A stretch of 64,000 nucleotides of DNA, taken from the NCBI GenBank assembly GCA_964428655.1, contig CAYRYE010000001.1:376406-440405 (forward strand), given 5' to 3'. The translations under genes were made by a program, and so were the position numbers. The stretch comes from an uncultured Gammaproteobacteria bacterium. GTDB taxonomy: Bacteria > Patescibacteriota > Microgenomatia > UBA12405 > JAHJSD01. How positions within the stretch are numbered: the stretch's first letter is position 1; each line of letters starts with the position of its first letter. Under the pieces are notes generated by a model, which did no database searches, had not been told where the DNA came from, and saw only the letters and a list, made by a program, of their open reading frames with translations. Of the stretch, positions 46,386-56,300 are shown piece after piece.

Positions 46386-47411
46386 ATGAGGGATTATCTA
46401 ATTAGAAAAGCCAAATTATTGTATTCTTCTTCTTTGGGAATTGGGCGATTGGTTAAAGCAATTTCCTCTTCAAAAATTTACTTAAGAATCCTAAAAACGA
46501 AAATAATTAACCAAATTCACAAAGATAAAAAAGGACCTTTTAATTTGTCAATTGAGACAACCAATTTTTGCAATGCTTGTTGTTCAATGTGTCCTTATCG
46601 GCTGATGAAACGACCCAAAAAAATAATGGACGAAGAAATATTTAGTAAAATAGTCCGGCGAATAAAGAAGGAGAAAATTTGCATTAATAAGATTCTTTTA
46701 AGCGGCTTGGGGGAGCCGTTGACTGATCCAAATTTTATCTCACGGATTAAAAAATTAAAAAATCTTGGCTTTCCCATTCGACTTTACACTAATGCTTCTT
46801 TATTAACAAAGAAAATTGCTAAAGAATTAGTCAAAATTAAACTTGATGAGATCAATATCAGTTTTAATGGGGTTACGCCAAAGCAATATAAAAAGATAAT
46901 GGGATTGGATTTTGATAAAACAATTAAAAATATCGATAATCTTCTTGAAATTAAAAAAGAACAGAAAAGCAAGTTGCCAGTAATTCAAATATCTTCAATT
47001 ATTACTCCAGAAAACGAAGTTGATATTAAAAAGCATATTAAAAAATGGTCTGGAAAAGTAAGTTCAGTCACTGTTTCTCAGCCTCATGAGTGGGGCGGGG
47101 GAGTGAAGATGGCCTTCGACCTCTGGCCAAAAACTTCAAACACAACTTATCCTTGTCGGTCTCTTTGGCACACTTTTGTTATTGATAGTCAAGGTAATTT
47201 TGTCATCTGCTGCCGTGATTATGAATCAAAATATATTTTAGGCAATATTAAAACTGACTCGTTTTCTGCAATCCAAAATAATCCTCTTGTAAAAAAGTTT
47301 CGTCGGCTTCATTTACAGTTTCAAAAAGGAAAATTGCCTCAGATGTGCCGGAAATGCAATTTCCCCTATCAAGATGGAATCGAGTGGTTTATGCCTCGGT
47401 CAATAGATTAA
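46386..47411 (+). CDS. Radical SAM enzyme with a C-terminal SPASM/twitch-like Cys-rich domain
   Basis: FCNACCSMC (CX3CX2C) near the N-terminus. C-terminal cysteines …YPCRSLWHTFVIDSQGNFVICCRDY…MCRKCNF…. Confidence 0.6.
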   Translation: MRDYLIRKAKLLYSSSLGIGRLVKAISSSKIYLRILKTKIINQIHKDKKGPFNLSIETTNFCNACCSMCPYRLMKRPKKIMDEEIFSKIVRRIKKEKICINKILLSGLGEPLTDPNFISRIKKLKNLGFPIRLYTNASLLTKKIAKELVKIKLDEINISFNGVTPKQYKKIMGLDFDKTIKNIDNLLEIKKEQKSKLPVIQISSIITPENEVDIKKHIKKWSGKVSSVTVSQPHEWGGGVKMAFDLWPKTSNTTYPCRSLWHTFVIDSQGNFVICCRDYESKYILGNIKTDSFSAIQNNPLVKKFRRLHLQFQKGKLPQMCRKCNFPYQDGIEWFMPRSID

Positions 47412-48401
47412 GTTTTTTAAAATATTTTTGAAGATATATTTAATTGTATTTAGAGAGTATATCCAGAAGATGGAAAAACAAATTATCGGATGTAAAAACC
47501 AAGCTGGATCGGGGATTTTCACAAAACCTTTTAACGCCTCAATTATTGGCCCGATCCAAGTTAAGGCATAAATGGAATAGACAATAATTTTAATTTTGTC
47601 TTTTTGGGGATTGTAAATAAGATAGCGTCTTTGCAGTAGATCATGAAGATATAAATTGTTCATGTATTTTTGCCTTTTTTTTAAATATTTGAAGAAATTT
47701 TCTCCGCTGGCATGGATAATGTCATTTTTTACCACCACATATTTATTGTAACCTTTCTTTATCAAATCATAATTAACATCAATATGAAAAAAATGTTTTT
47801 TGTCAACATTAGCCCTCATAAGCAGATTTTTTTTAATTAGAAAGCCATTGGCTCCCACAGTGGAAAGATTCTCTTTGTCAAATTCAACCAAAAAGTATTC
47901 GCCTTTATCTGTTGCTTTTCCAGACAGAGTCCATTTTAAAGACAAATAAGACTGCCTATCAGCTTTGTTCAAAAAATAGGCAATTGGGTCATTAACACCG
48001 AAAAGAGAAAAATAACGATTTAGAATTTTATCCCTTTTCTGATAGGTGTATCGCCAGGGATAACAGCCAACTATATTAGTTTCTTTGTCAAGAAGGGAAA
48101 CCATTTTGGCCAGCCATTTTTTATTTGGCAGAATATTATCATCATCTATTTGAAGAATGAGTTCGTTTTTTGCCTGCCTTAGAGCAACCGCCTTGGCCGC
48201 CTCAGGACTACCGGTATTTTCAGGAATGATTTTAGTTTGATATTGTTTGGCAATTTCAATAGTTTTATCGGTTGAACCGCCATCAGCAATAATAATTTCA
48301 ATTTTATCTTGGTTATATTCTTGCTCTCGAACACTTTTAAGACACTTTTTCAAAGTTTTCTCACTATTAAGGGTGGCCATAATTACACTAATGCTTTTCA
48401 T
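47400..48401 (-). CDS. Family 2 glycosyltransferase
   Basis: ISVIMATLNSEKTLKKCLKSV…IIIADGGSTDKT…QIDDDN. Confidence 0.65.
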   Translation of the reverse strand: MKSISVIMATLNSEKTLKKCLKSVREQEYNQDKIEIIIADGGSTDKTIEIAKQYQTKIIPENTGSPEAAKAVALRQAKNELILQIDDDNILPNKKWLAKMVSLLDKETNIVGCYPWRYTYQKRDKILNRYFSLFGVNDPIAYFLNKADRQSYLSLKWTLSGKATDKGEYFLVEFDKENLSTVGANGFLIKKNLLMRANVDKKHFFHIDVNYDLIKKGYNKYVVVKNDIIHASGENFFKYLKKRQKYMNNLYLHDLLQRRYLIYNPQKDKIKIIVYSIYALTWIGPIIEALKGFVKIPDPAWFLHPIICFSIFWIYSLNTIKYIFKNILKNLIY

Positions 48402-48420
48402 AGTTGTATTATAGTCAATT

Positions 48421-49080
48421 TTAATTCTCTCGAAAAAGATGAACTTCCCAAAAATTTGCCAACCCTTTTAAAAATCTAGGTACTTTTTCAAAATAGCAGT
48501 AAAGCCAGCCAGCGTGCAGGCCTATAACCACAGGAATGATTTTATACTGCTTGAACAAACTTTTTTTAAGAAGAATAATCAAATCTTCTTCTGTGTATTC
48601 TCTTACATGTCCGGATTTAAAATGGGGAAACTTTCTTTTTTTGCTAAAAAATTCAATTACCCTGCGTGTTAACCTTTTTCTATTCGGAGTGGTTATTAGG
48701 GCAGCCGCTCCAGGCCTTAAGACCTGATACAGTTCATCTAGGGCCTTTAAATCATCAGGAACGTGTTCTATGACATGACTGCTCACAGCTATGTCAATAC
48801 TCTTTGGTTTAATAAAATTGGTTAGATTTTGCCAGTCACCGGTAATGTATCTGACATTCTTAAAATTAGAGGGCGTTTTTTGGGGAAGCAGTTCAACGCC
48901 AATCAATTGATGACAGTGCTGGCTGAGTTGTTTTGTTTTTTCCAAGTTTGAGGCTCCAATTTCTAAAACAATAGAAGATTTCTTGACATACTTTTTGTAA
49001 GATTGGCATATTGAAATCCAATCATAAGTAATGTTTAACGAGGGAAAGCCTATTTTCATGAGCCTGCCAAAGTATAACAA
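48421..49080 (-). CDS. Class I SAM-dependent methyltransferase
   Basis: VLEIGASNLEKT…LRPGAAALITTPN. Confidence 0.55.
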   Translation of the reverse strand: MLYFGRLMKIGFPSLNITYDWISICQSYKKYVKKSSIVLEIGASNLEKTKQLSQHCHQLIGVELLPQKTPSNFKNVRYITGDWQNLTNFIKPKSIDIAVSSHVIEHVPDDLKALDELYQVLRPGAAALITTPNRKRLTRRVIEFFSKKRKFPHFKSGHVREYTEEDLIILLKKSLFKQYKIIPVVIGLHAGWLYCYFEKVPRFLKGLANFWEVHLFREN

Positions 49081-49126
49081 ATAAACAGTCCGGAGCTGTT
49101 TGCCCTGGTATACTAATTAAAGAAAT

Positions 49127-50584
49127 ATGAAAATTGTTATTGCTTATCCCCCACTTGAATCAAAAAAAGGGATTCCATTTTTAGCCCAGAATCGGCAGTT
49201 TCAATGGGGGCATAGCCCATGGACTGCTTATCCAATGGTGCCGGCCTATGCGGCGGCAATGTTAAAACAAGCTGGACATCAGGTTTTTTGGTTGGACGGA
49301 ATTACCGAGGGGTGGTCTTATCAAAAATGGCTGAATGAAGTCAAAAAAATAGAACCGGATTTAATTGTTATAGAAACCAAGACCCCAGTAGTCAAACAAC
49401 ACTGGAAGATTATTAATCATCTTAAGTCACTGTCGACCGTTCTCGTTGGCGACCACGTCACCGCTTTACCTGGAGAATCATTCGAAAACTCTAAAGTTGA
49501 TTATGTTTTAACTGGCGGCGATTATGATTTTTTACTTCTTAATTTGGTTGAGCATTTAGCCAAAGGTGAGAAACTTGAACCTGGAATTTGGTATAGGGGA
49601 AAAATACGAGATACGAAATACGAGATACGAGATACCGGCCCTTTCAAGCTAAATCATGATTTAGATACTCTTCCCCTTATTGATCGTGATTTAACCAAAT
49701 GGAAGCTCTACGCTTATAAAAACAGCAATTATTGTCGAACGCCGGGAACATACACTATGTTTGGCCGAGATTGTTGGTGGGGGAAGTGTTTTTTTTGCTC
49801 CTGGACTACCTTATATCCAGGAGAAAATTATCGAACAATAAGCCCCAAGCGAGCCTTGGATGAGGTAGGTCATATTTTAGAGAATTATCCGATTAAGGAA
49901 ATCATGGATGATTCCGGCACTTTTCCTACTGGAGATTGGTTGAAAGAGTTTTGCCGAGGAATGATTAAAAGAGGTTATAATAAAAGAGTAAGAATTAGCT
50001 GTAATATGCGTTTTAATGCAGGTTTAAATAAAAAGGATTATCAATTAATGGGTAAAGCAGGATTTAGATTTCTTCTTTATGGATTAGAGTCAACTAATCA
50101 GAAAACTTTGGATAAAATTAATAAAAACATGAAAATAGAAGAAGTGGAAAAAGTTTTGGGTTGGGCCAAAGGAGCCAAACTTAATCCTCATTTAACCGTT
50201 ATGATTGGTTATCCTTGGGAAACAAAGAGAGAGATTAAGAAAACCTTAGATTTCACTAGAGATCTTTTCAAAAAAGGCCTAGCAGACACTCTCCAAGCAA
50301 CAATTGTTATTCCCTATCCGGGAACACCGCTTTTCGCTGAAGCAAAAAGAAAAGGTTGGTTGAAAACTTTAAATTGGGATCAATATGACATGCGGGAGCC
50401 GATTTTAAAAACAGAAATGAGAGGTGGGGAGATAAAAGCATTAATTCAAGATTTTTACAAATCTGTTTTCACGCCCCAATTTATTTTAAGAAAAGCAAGA
50501 GAAGCCTTTTCTAACTGGGATGTTTTTAGATATTATCTTAGATTGGGTTTGAAATTTCCCAACAAGCTCTTAGATTTTGTATAA
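49127..50584 (+). CDS. B12-binding-domain radical SAM protein (class-B-like)
   Basis: N-terminal Rossmann-like B12-binding-type region (MKIVIAYPP…), a Cys cluster CWWGKCFFC (CX4CX2C variant), and a TIM-barrel-like remainder. Contains the ATACGAG heptamer repeat at 49624-49656. Confidence 0.55.
   Translation: MKIVIAYPPLESKKGIPFLAQNRQFQWGHSPWTAYPMVPAYAAAMLKQAGHQVFWLDGITEGWSYQKWLNEVKKIEPDLIVIETKTPVVKQHWKIINHLKSLSTVLVGDHVTALPGESFENSKVDYVLTGGDYDFLLLNLVEHLAKGEKLEPGIWYRGKIRDTKYEIRDTGPFKLNHDLDTLPLIDRDLTKWKLYAYKNSNYCRTPGTYTMFGRDCWWGKCFFCSWTTLYPGENYRTISPKRALDEVGHILENYPIKEIMDDSGTFPTGDWLKEFCRGMIKRGYNKRVRISCNMRFNAGLNKKDYQLMGKAGFRFLLYGLESTNQKTLDKINKNMKIEEVEKVLGWAKGAKLNPHLTVMIGYPWETKREIKKTLDFTRDLFKKGLADTLQATIVIPYPGTPLFAEAKRKGWLKTLNWDQYDMREPILKTEMRGGEIKALIQDFYKSVFTPQFILRKAREAFSNWDVFRYYLRLGLKFPNKLLDFV
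49624..49656 (+). repeat. Heptanucleotide tandem repeat (ATACGAG, about 4.7 units) inside the B12-radical-SAM gene
   Basis: atacgag atacgaa atacgag atacgag atacc. Encodes …KIRDTKYEIRDTG…. Confidence 0.8.
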
Positions 50585-50602
50585 TAAGCAAAAAGAGAGA
50601 CA

Positions 50603-51157
50603 ATGACCAAAAAAAAGAAAAATAAAAGTAGGCCGTTTATTTTGTTTATTACTGGAATCAGTGGTTCGGGAAAAACAACTGTTTTTGAGAAATTTTCGAA
50701 AGATTTAAGTTTAAAGGCTTCTTCGATTGAATTTCGAGAAATTGATGAAAAAAAAGTTCCCCCTGTGGGAAGAAGCCATTGGCGTCAATATCGAGTTGAG
50801 GAGCTTCTTTATCAGGCAATTAAAAACTTAAAGAAAGGAAAATCTACTGTTATTTGTGGTATTACTTTGCCTCAAGAAATTATTAATTCAAGATTGTATA
50901 AACCTTCTTTTAATATTCATTTTCTCTTACTCGACATTCCTATTTCCCTTTTTTCTAAAAGAGTGAAAGAGAGAATTAAAAAAACTAAAGAAGAGAAAAA
51001 TTGGGAAGAGTTAAAATATTCCACAAAAAAACTTTCTACTAGATTAAAAAATCAAGTGGTTAGTTATAAAAATGGTTTAGTGTTGGATGTAGGCAAAAAA
51101 AATGTTGATGAGATTTTCAAAGATGTTTTTTCTTTGATGAGAAAGTTACAGAAATAA
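50603..51157 (+). CDS. Small P-loop NTPase / nucleotide-kinase-like protein
   Basis: Walker A FITGISGSGKTT with a kinase-like size (184 aa). Confidence 0.5.
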   Translation: MTKKKKNKSRPFILFITGISGSGKTTVFEKFSKDLSLKASSIEFREIDEKKVPPVGRSHWRQYRVEELLYQAIKNLKKGKSTVICGITLPQEIINSRLYKPSFNIHFLLLDIPISLFSKRVKERIKKTKEEKNWEELKYSTKKLSTRLKNQVVSYKNGLVLDVGKKNVDEIFKDVFSLMRKLQK

Positions 51158-51176
51158 ATTATAATCAGAAAGTCGA

Positions 51177-51947
51177 ATGAAACAAAATTACCGAGATTTG
51201 CTTTTCAACCTGGTTAAGCGCGAGATTGCTGGGAGGTATAAACAATCAATTCTGGGCTACTTCTGGGTGGTTTTAAACCCCTTTTTCCAGATGCTGGTAA
51301 TGACATTAGTCTTTTCAAAAATCATGCGAATTTCGATTCCTGGTGTGCCTTATTTTCTGTTTTTATATGTGGGTCTCTTGCCTTGGACTTTTTTTGTTAA
51401 TTCTGTTAATTCGGCAATGGGAAATCTGGTCGGCATGGGTTCTTTAATAAAAAAGGTTTATTTTCCCAGGGAGATTATTGTTTTGGCAGCTGTTTTAGCA
51501 AAAGTGGTAGATCTTATTTTGGCCTCTCTGATTTTTGTCTTGTTTATGATTATTTTTCGCCAATCAACTAATTTGGCTTTAGATTTAGCAGTTGTTCCTA
51601 TGATTTTTCTTATCCAGTTTATTTTTTCTTTCGGCATTGGCCTTTTTGTTTCTGCTTTAAACCTTTTTTATCGCGATGTTCAGTATTTGATGAGTTTAAT
51701 TTTAATGCTTTGGTTTTATTTAACGCCAGTGGTTTATCCAATTGAAATGGTCCCCGAGAAACTGCGGATTGTCTTTTCACTTAATCCTATGTCGGTTTTA
51801 ACCAATGCTTATCGACGGGTAATTCTAGGCGGTTCTTTGCCAAATTTAGCCCATTTGACAGTCGCCTTGTTAGTTTCGTTAATTATCTTGGTAATTGGCT
51901 GGAGAGTATTTAAAAAACTAGAAGGCCGCTTTGCAGATGTTGTCTAA
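51177..51947 (+). CDS. ABC-2 type transporter permease (Wzm/TagG-like polysaccharide exporter)
   Basis: 256 aa with 6 TM helices. The N-terminal …LVKREIAGRYKQSILGYFWVVLNP… ABC-2 signature precedes the Wzt-like ATPase. Confidence 0.7.
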   Translation: MKQNYRDLLFNLVKREIAGRYKQSILGYFWVVLNPFFQMLVMTLVFSKIMRISIPGVPYFLFLYVGLLPWTFFVNSVNSAMGNLVGMGSLIKKVYFPREIIVLAAVLAKVVDLILASLIFVLFMIIFRQSTNLALDLAVVPMIFLIQFIFSFGIGLFVSALNLFYRDVQYLMSLILMLWFYLTPVVYPIEMVPEKLRIVFSLNPMSVLTNAYRRVILGGSLPNLAHLTVALLVSLIILVIGWRVFKKLEGRFADVV

Positions 51948-53391
51948 AAAAATGAAAAATAACATTGCCATTAAATTTGATTCTGTTTCTAAACTCTATT
52001 ATCTCCAGTCCCATCGGACTTTAAAAGAGTTTCTGCCGGCATTTTTAAAAAAGAAAGCACCAAAGACTCTCCGACGAGTGGCCCGTCAGTTTTATGCCCT
52101 AAAAAACATTTCTTTTAAAATTAAAAAGGGCGAGACAGTCGGCATCATTGGTCCTAACGGAGCCGGCAAGTCAACTATTCTCAAATTGATCGCCGGCGTC
52201 ACCAAGCCAACCAGAGGAAAAATAACTGTCAACGGCCAGGTTTCACCTTTAATCGAATTAGGAGCCGGTTTTCATCCTGATTTAACCGGTCGGGAAAACA
52301 TTTATCTTAACGGTTCCATTTTGGGTCTGACTAAAAAGAAAATTGACAAAAAATTCAAAGAAATCGTTGATTTTGCCGAACTCTGGGACTTTATTGACCA
52401 ACCAGTCAAACACTATTCTTCAGGTATGTATGCTCGTTTAGGCTTTTCAATTGCCATTAGTGTTGAGCCGGAAATTCTTTTAATTGATGAAATTTTAGCT
52501 GTTGGCGATGCTGCTTTTCAAGAAAAATGTTTTGCCAAGATGGAGGAATTTAAAAAGAGTGGAGTGACGATTATTTATGTTTCCCATTCCCTTCCCAGTG
52601 TGGCCAAATTTTGTAATCATTGTCTCTATTTAGATAAATCCAAGTTGATTTCTGAAGGTAATCCCCAAGAAATAATAGAAAATTATTTAAGAACTGAAAA
52701 AAAAGTCAGCAGTCAACAGTATCACCAAACCCCAGAAAAAAGTTCAATTGAGGCGATTGATCCAAGCTGGTACAAAAATTTTGTTGGCGGCATGTGGGAG
52801 GAAATAGGTAAGTTACAGTTTGATTTTTTAATTAAACAAGGCTTAAAACCTGAAAATAAGTTATTAGATCTTGGTTGCGGCAGCTTGAGAGGGGGAATTC
52901 ATTTTATTAAATATCTTAAAAAAGGAAATTATTTTGGGATTGACGTTAGAAAAGATATTTTAATTGCCGCTGAAAAAGAAATTAAAATTAATAAACTATC
53001 AAACAAGAATCCTCAATTATTTCAAATAACTGATAATAAATATGATGATCATTTAAAAGAAAAATTTGATTTTATTTTGGCTGTTTCCGTTTTTACCCAT
53101 TTAAATTTAAATGAAGTTGCTATTTGTTTATATGAAGCAAAAAAAATTCTTAAAAAGAAAGGCAATTTTTTTGCCACTTATTTTGAATCAGAAAAATGTG
53201 TTTTTGATACTAATGGTTTTCTTCAAGTAGAGAAGCCGGATAAGGTTATTACCCTTTTTCACAAGGATCCTTACCATTATTGCTTTTCTCTAATAAAAGA
53301 AGTGGCTAAATTAATTGGATTAAAGGCAAAAGTTATCAAGAATTGGAAACATCCTCGAAATCAAAAAATGTTAGTTTTTAGACATCAGTAA
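51931..53391 (+). CDS. ABC transporter ATP-binding protein (Wzt/TagH-like) fused to a C-terminal class I SAM-methyltransferase-like domain
   Basis: Walker A GPNGAGKST, signature YSSGMYARLG, Walker B LLIDEIL, H-loop YVSHS. Then a ~230-aa extension with LLDLGCGSLRGG (MTase motif I), YFGIDV, and FDFILAVSVFTH. Confidence 0.7.
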   Translation: MQMLSKKMKNNIAIKFDSVSKLYYLQSHRTLKEFLPAFLKKKAPKTLRRVARQFYALKNISFKIKKGETVGIIGPNGAGKSTILKLIAGVTKPTRGKITVNGQVSPLIELGAGFHPDLTGRENIYLNGSILGLTKKKIDKKFKEIVDFAELWDFIDQPVKHYSSGMYARLGFSIAISVEPEILLIDEILAVGDAAFQEKCFAKMEEFKKSGVTIIYVSHSLPSVAKFCNHCLYLDKSKLISEGNPQEIIENYLRTEKKVSSQQYHQTPEKSSIEAIDPSWYKNFVGGMWEEIGKLQFDFLIKQGLKPENKLLDLGCGSLRGGIHFIKYLKKGNYFGIDVRKDILIAAEKEIKINKLSNKNPQLFQITDNKYDDHLKEKFDFILAVSVFTHLNLNEVAICLYEAKKILKKKGNFFATYFESEKCVFDTNGFLQVEKPDKVITLFHKDPYHYCFSLIKEVAKLIGLKAKVIKNWKHPRNQKMLVFRHQ

Positions 53392-53393
53392 AT

Positions 53394-56300
53394 ATGGCTA
53401 AGGGTAAAAGAAAGACCATTTGTATTTTAGGAATGCATCGGGCAGGCACTTCCCTTTTAACTAGAATTTTAAATATTTCTGGAATGGCGATTGGAGAAAA
53501 AGAGGAAATAATTGGTGTCAGGAAGGGTAATCCCACCGGTCATTGGGAAAATAAAGCCTTTGTTGAGATTAATAATCAGATTATTTCAATATTTAAGAAA
53601 AATGCTGATTGGCATGAAATTCCTGATTATCCCACTAATTGGTTAAAAAATCCCAAGGTAGTATCACTGGAAAGAAAAGCAAAAGAGCTAGTGAAAAAAA
53701 TGAATGCAAGATATAAAATTTGGGGGTGGAAAGACCCCCGAACTTGTGTTACTTTGCCTTTTTGGCAAAAGATAATTGGGGACGAATTGGTCTATGTGGT
53801 TATTTTTAGGAATCCTCTTGATGTCGCCAAATCATTAAAAAAAGTTCACAATCTTCCCCATGATAAAAGCATTTTGCTTTGGGCAAGATATTATCTTACT
53901 GTTTTAGATAGTCTTAGAGGCAAGAAGTTTTCTTTTATTCATTCTGAAAAATTATTATCAAATTGGGAAAAAGAAATTAAAAAAATATTGAAACATATAA
54001 ATTCTTCTTATCTCAAAATTAATGATCAGAAAAGAGAAGAGGTTAACAATTTTATCAGGCCTAGCATTTGGCATTTTAGTACCAAGACTAAAAATAGTTT
54101 TTTTGGCTTGGCAGATAATTTGCGATTGGCCTTGCTTGATTACTTATATCTTTCTACTAATAAAGTTAAAACAATTTTAAAAAAGGATCTTACTAATTTG
54201 GGCCATCAGTTAGCCAATAAAACCAACCAGGCAAATGCCCTTGTTGGAGAATTAACGAAAAAAGATGAACAATTGATAGTTAAAGATAACCAATTAAGTG
54301 ACTTTTCTAAACAATTAAGAGATACTACTGAGGAGTTGGAAGTGACTAAAAATGAACTTGTCGAGGCTGAGGAAAAGTTAGGAAAAACAGGTAAAGAAAT
54401 ATATGACGCTATAATTAAGCAGGAACAAAAAATAAAACAGCTTCGGTTAAAAGCAAGAGAGATCAATAAATCTCTTAAAAAGAAAAAGATGGTTATCAAA
54501 GAAAAAAACAAAAAAGTGGCTGATCTAAGTCTCCACTCTCAAAATCTGGGGAAAATTCTTGCCAATATTGTTTCGGCAAAAACTTTTAAGGCCTGGCAAA
54601 CATACGTGAAGATTAGACGAAAACCGACGCTTTTGATTGAAGCTGGGAAAACTTTATTAAAAAAAGGTCCAGGAGGTTTAAAGCAAAGGTTGACAAATGT
54701 TCAACAAAAGGAAGAAAGAATAGCCGCTCTTAATCAACAATATCATGTTTGGTTGAGAAAAAATACTCCCACAAAAAAGGAATTAAGAGGTCAAAAAAGA
54801 AAACAAAAAAAATTTGAATATAGGCCCAAAATCAGCATTATTACTCCAGTTTACAACACTGATAAAAAGTGGCTGCGAGCCTGTATTGAATCGGTCTTAG
54901 TTCAAACATACGACAATTGGGAGTTATGCATAGCTGACGACGCCTCAACAAAGCCCTATATTAAAAAAATCTTGAAAGAATATGAAAAGAAAGACAAGAG
55001 AATAAATGTTGTTTATCGTCGAAGAAATGGCCATATTTCTCGAGCCTCAAATTCAGCTCTGAGACAAGCAGTGGGAAAGTTTATCGCCCTTTTAGATCAT
55101 GATGATAAGCTAGTGCCTCATGCCCTGTATAGAGTGGTTGAATTTTTGAATAAAAAAAGAAAGGCTGATTTTGTTTACTCTGATGAGGACAAATTAGATT
55201 TAAATGGCAACCGGGTTAAACCATTTTTTAAGCCAGACTGGTCACCTGATATGTTTTTATCAGCCAATTATTTGTGTCATTTAAGTGTAATTAGAAAAAA
55301 ATTAGTTGATAAAGTTGGTGGTTTTAAACCAGGCTATGAGGGTTCTCAGGATTATGATTTGTTTTTAAGAATTACTGAAAAGACAGACAAGATTTATCAC
55401 ATCCCTGATGTTCTTTATTCTTGGAGAGAGGCGTCTGGATCTACGGCGGCAGTTTATGAAGTCAAGGGTTATGCTGATGCGGCCGCAGCTAAAGCCTTAA
55501 AAAGTAGTATTAAAAGAAAAAAATTAAAAGCAGAAGTGGAACAAGGTTTGATTCCCGGAACATTTAGAGTTAAATACAAGATTAAAAAGAAACCTTTGGT
55601 TAGTATTATTATTCCTACCAAAGACATTGTTAATTATCTTAAAAGGTGTGTTGAATCTATTTTGAAAAAAACAGATTATGATAATTATGAAATTATTATT
55701 GTTGATACTGGAAGCAAAGAAAAGAAAACCTTTAGGTATTATGAGAAATTAAAAAAAAATCCAAGGATTAAGTTTTTGCAATGGGATAAACCTTTTAATT
55801 TTGCTTCAGTTAATAATTTTGCTGTTAAGAATACCCAAGGGAAATATGTTCTTCTTCTTAATAATGATATAGAAGTCGTCTCTTATGATTGGATAAAGTC
55901 AATGCTTGAGCATGCCCAGAGAGCTGAGGTGGGAGCGGTAGGGGCGAAATTATTATACCCTGATGGAAAAATTCAACATGCCGGGATAATTTTAGGGATT
56001 CGTGGCGGACCAATTAAGAAGGGGATAGCTGGTCATGCCCAAAAGATGTTTATAGATGAACCTTCGGGATTACCCCTATGGAACTCAAAAGATATGATAA
56101 GGAATTTTTCAGCAGTAACAGCCGCCTGTCTTATGATTGAAAGAAGTAAATATTTAGAAGTCAAAGGGATGAATGAAAAACTAGAAATTGCCTTTAATGA
56201 TGTTGATTTTTGCCTTAAACTGCAAAAAAAGGGGTATCTCAATGTTTATACCCCTTATGGCGGACTTTATCATTACGAGTCAGTTTCTGTTGGTCGTCCA

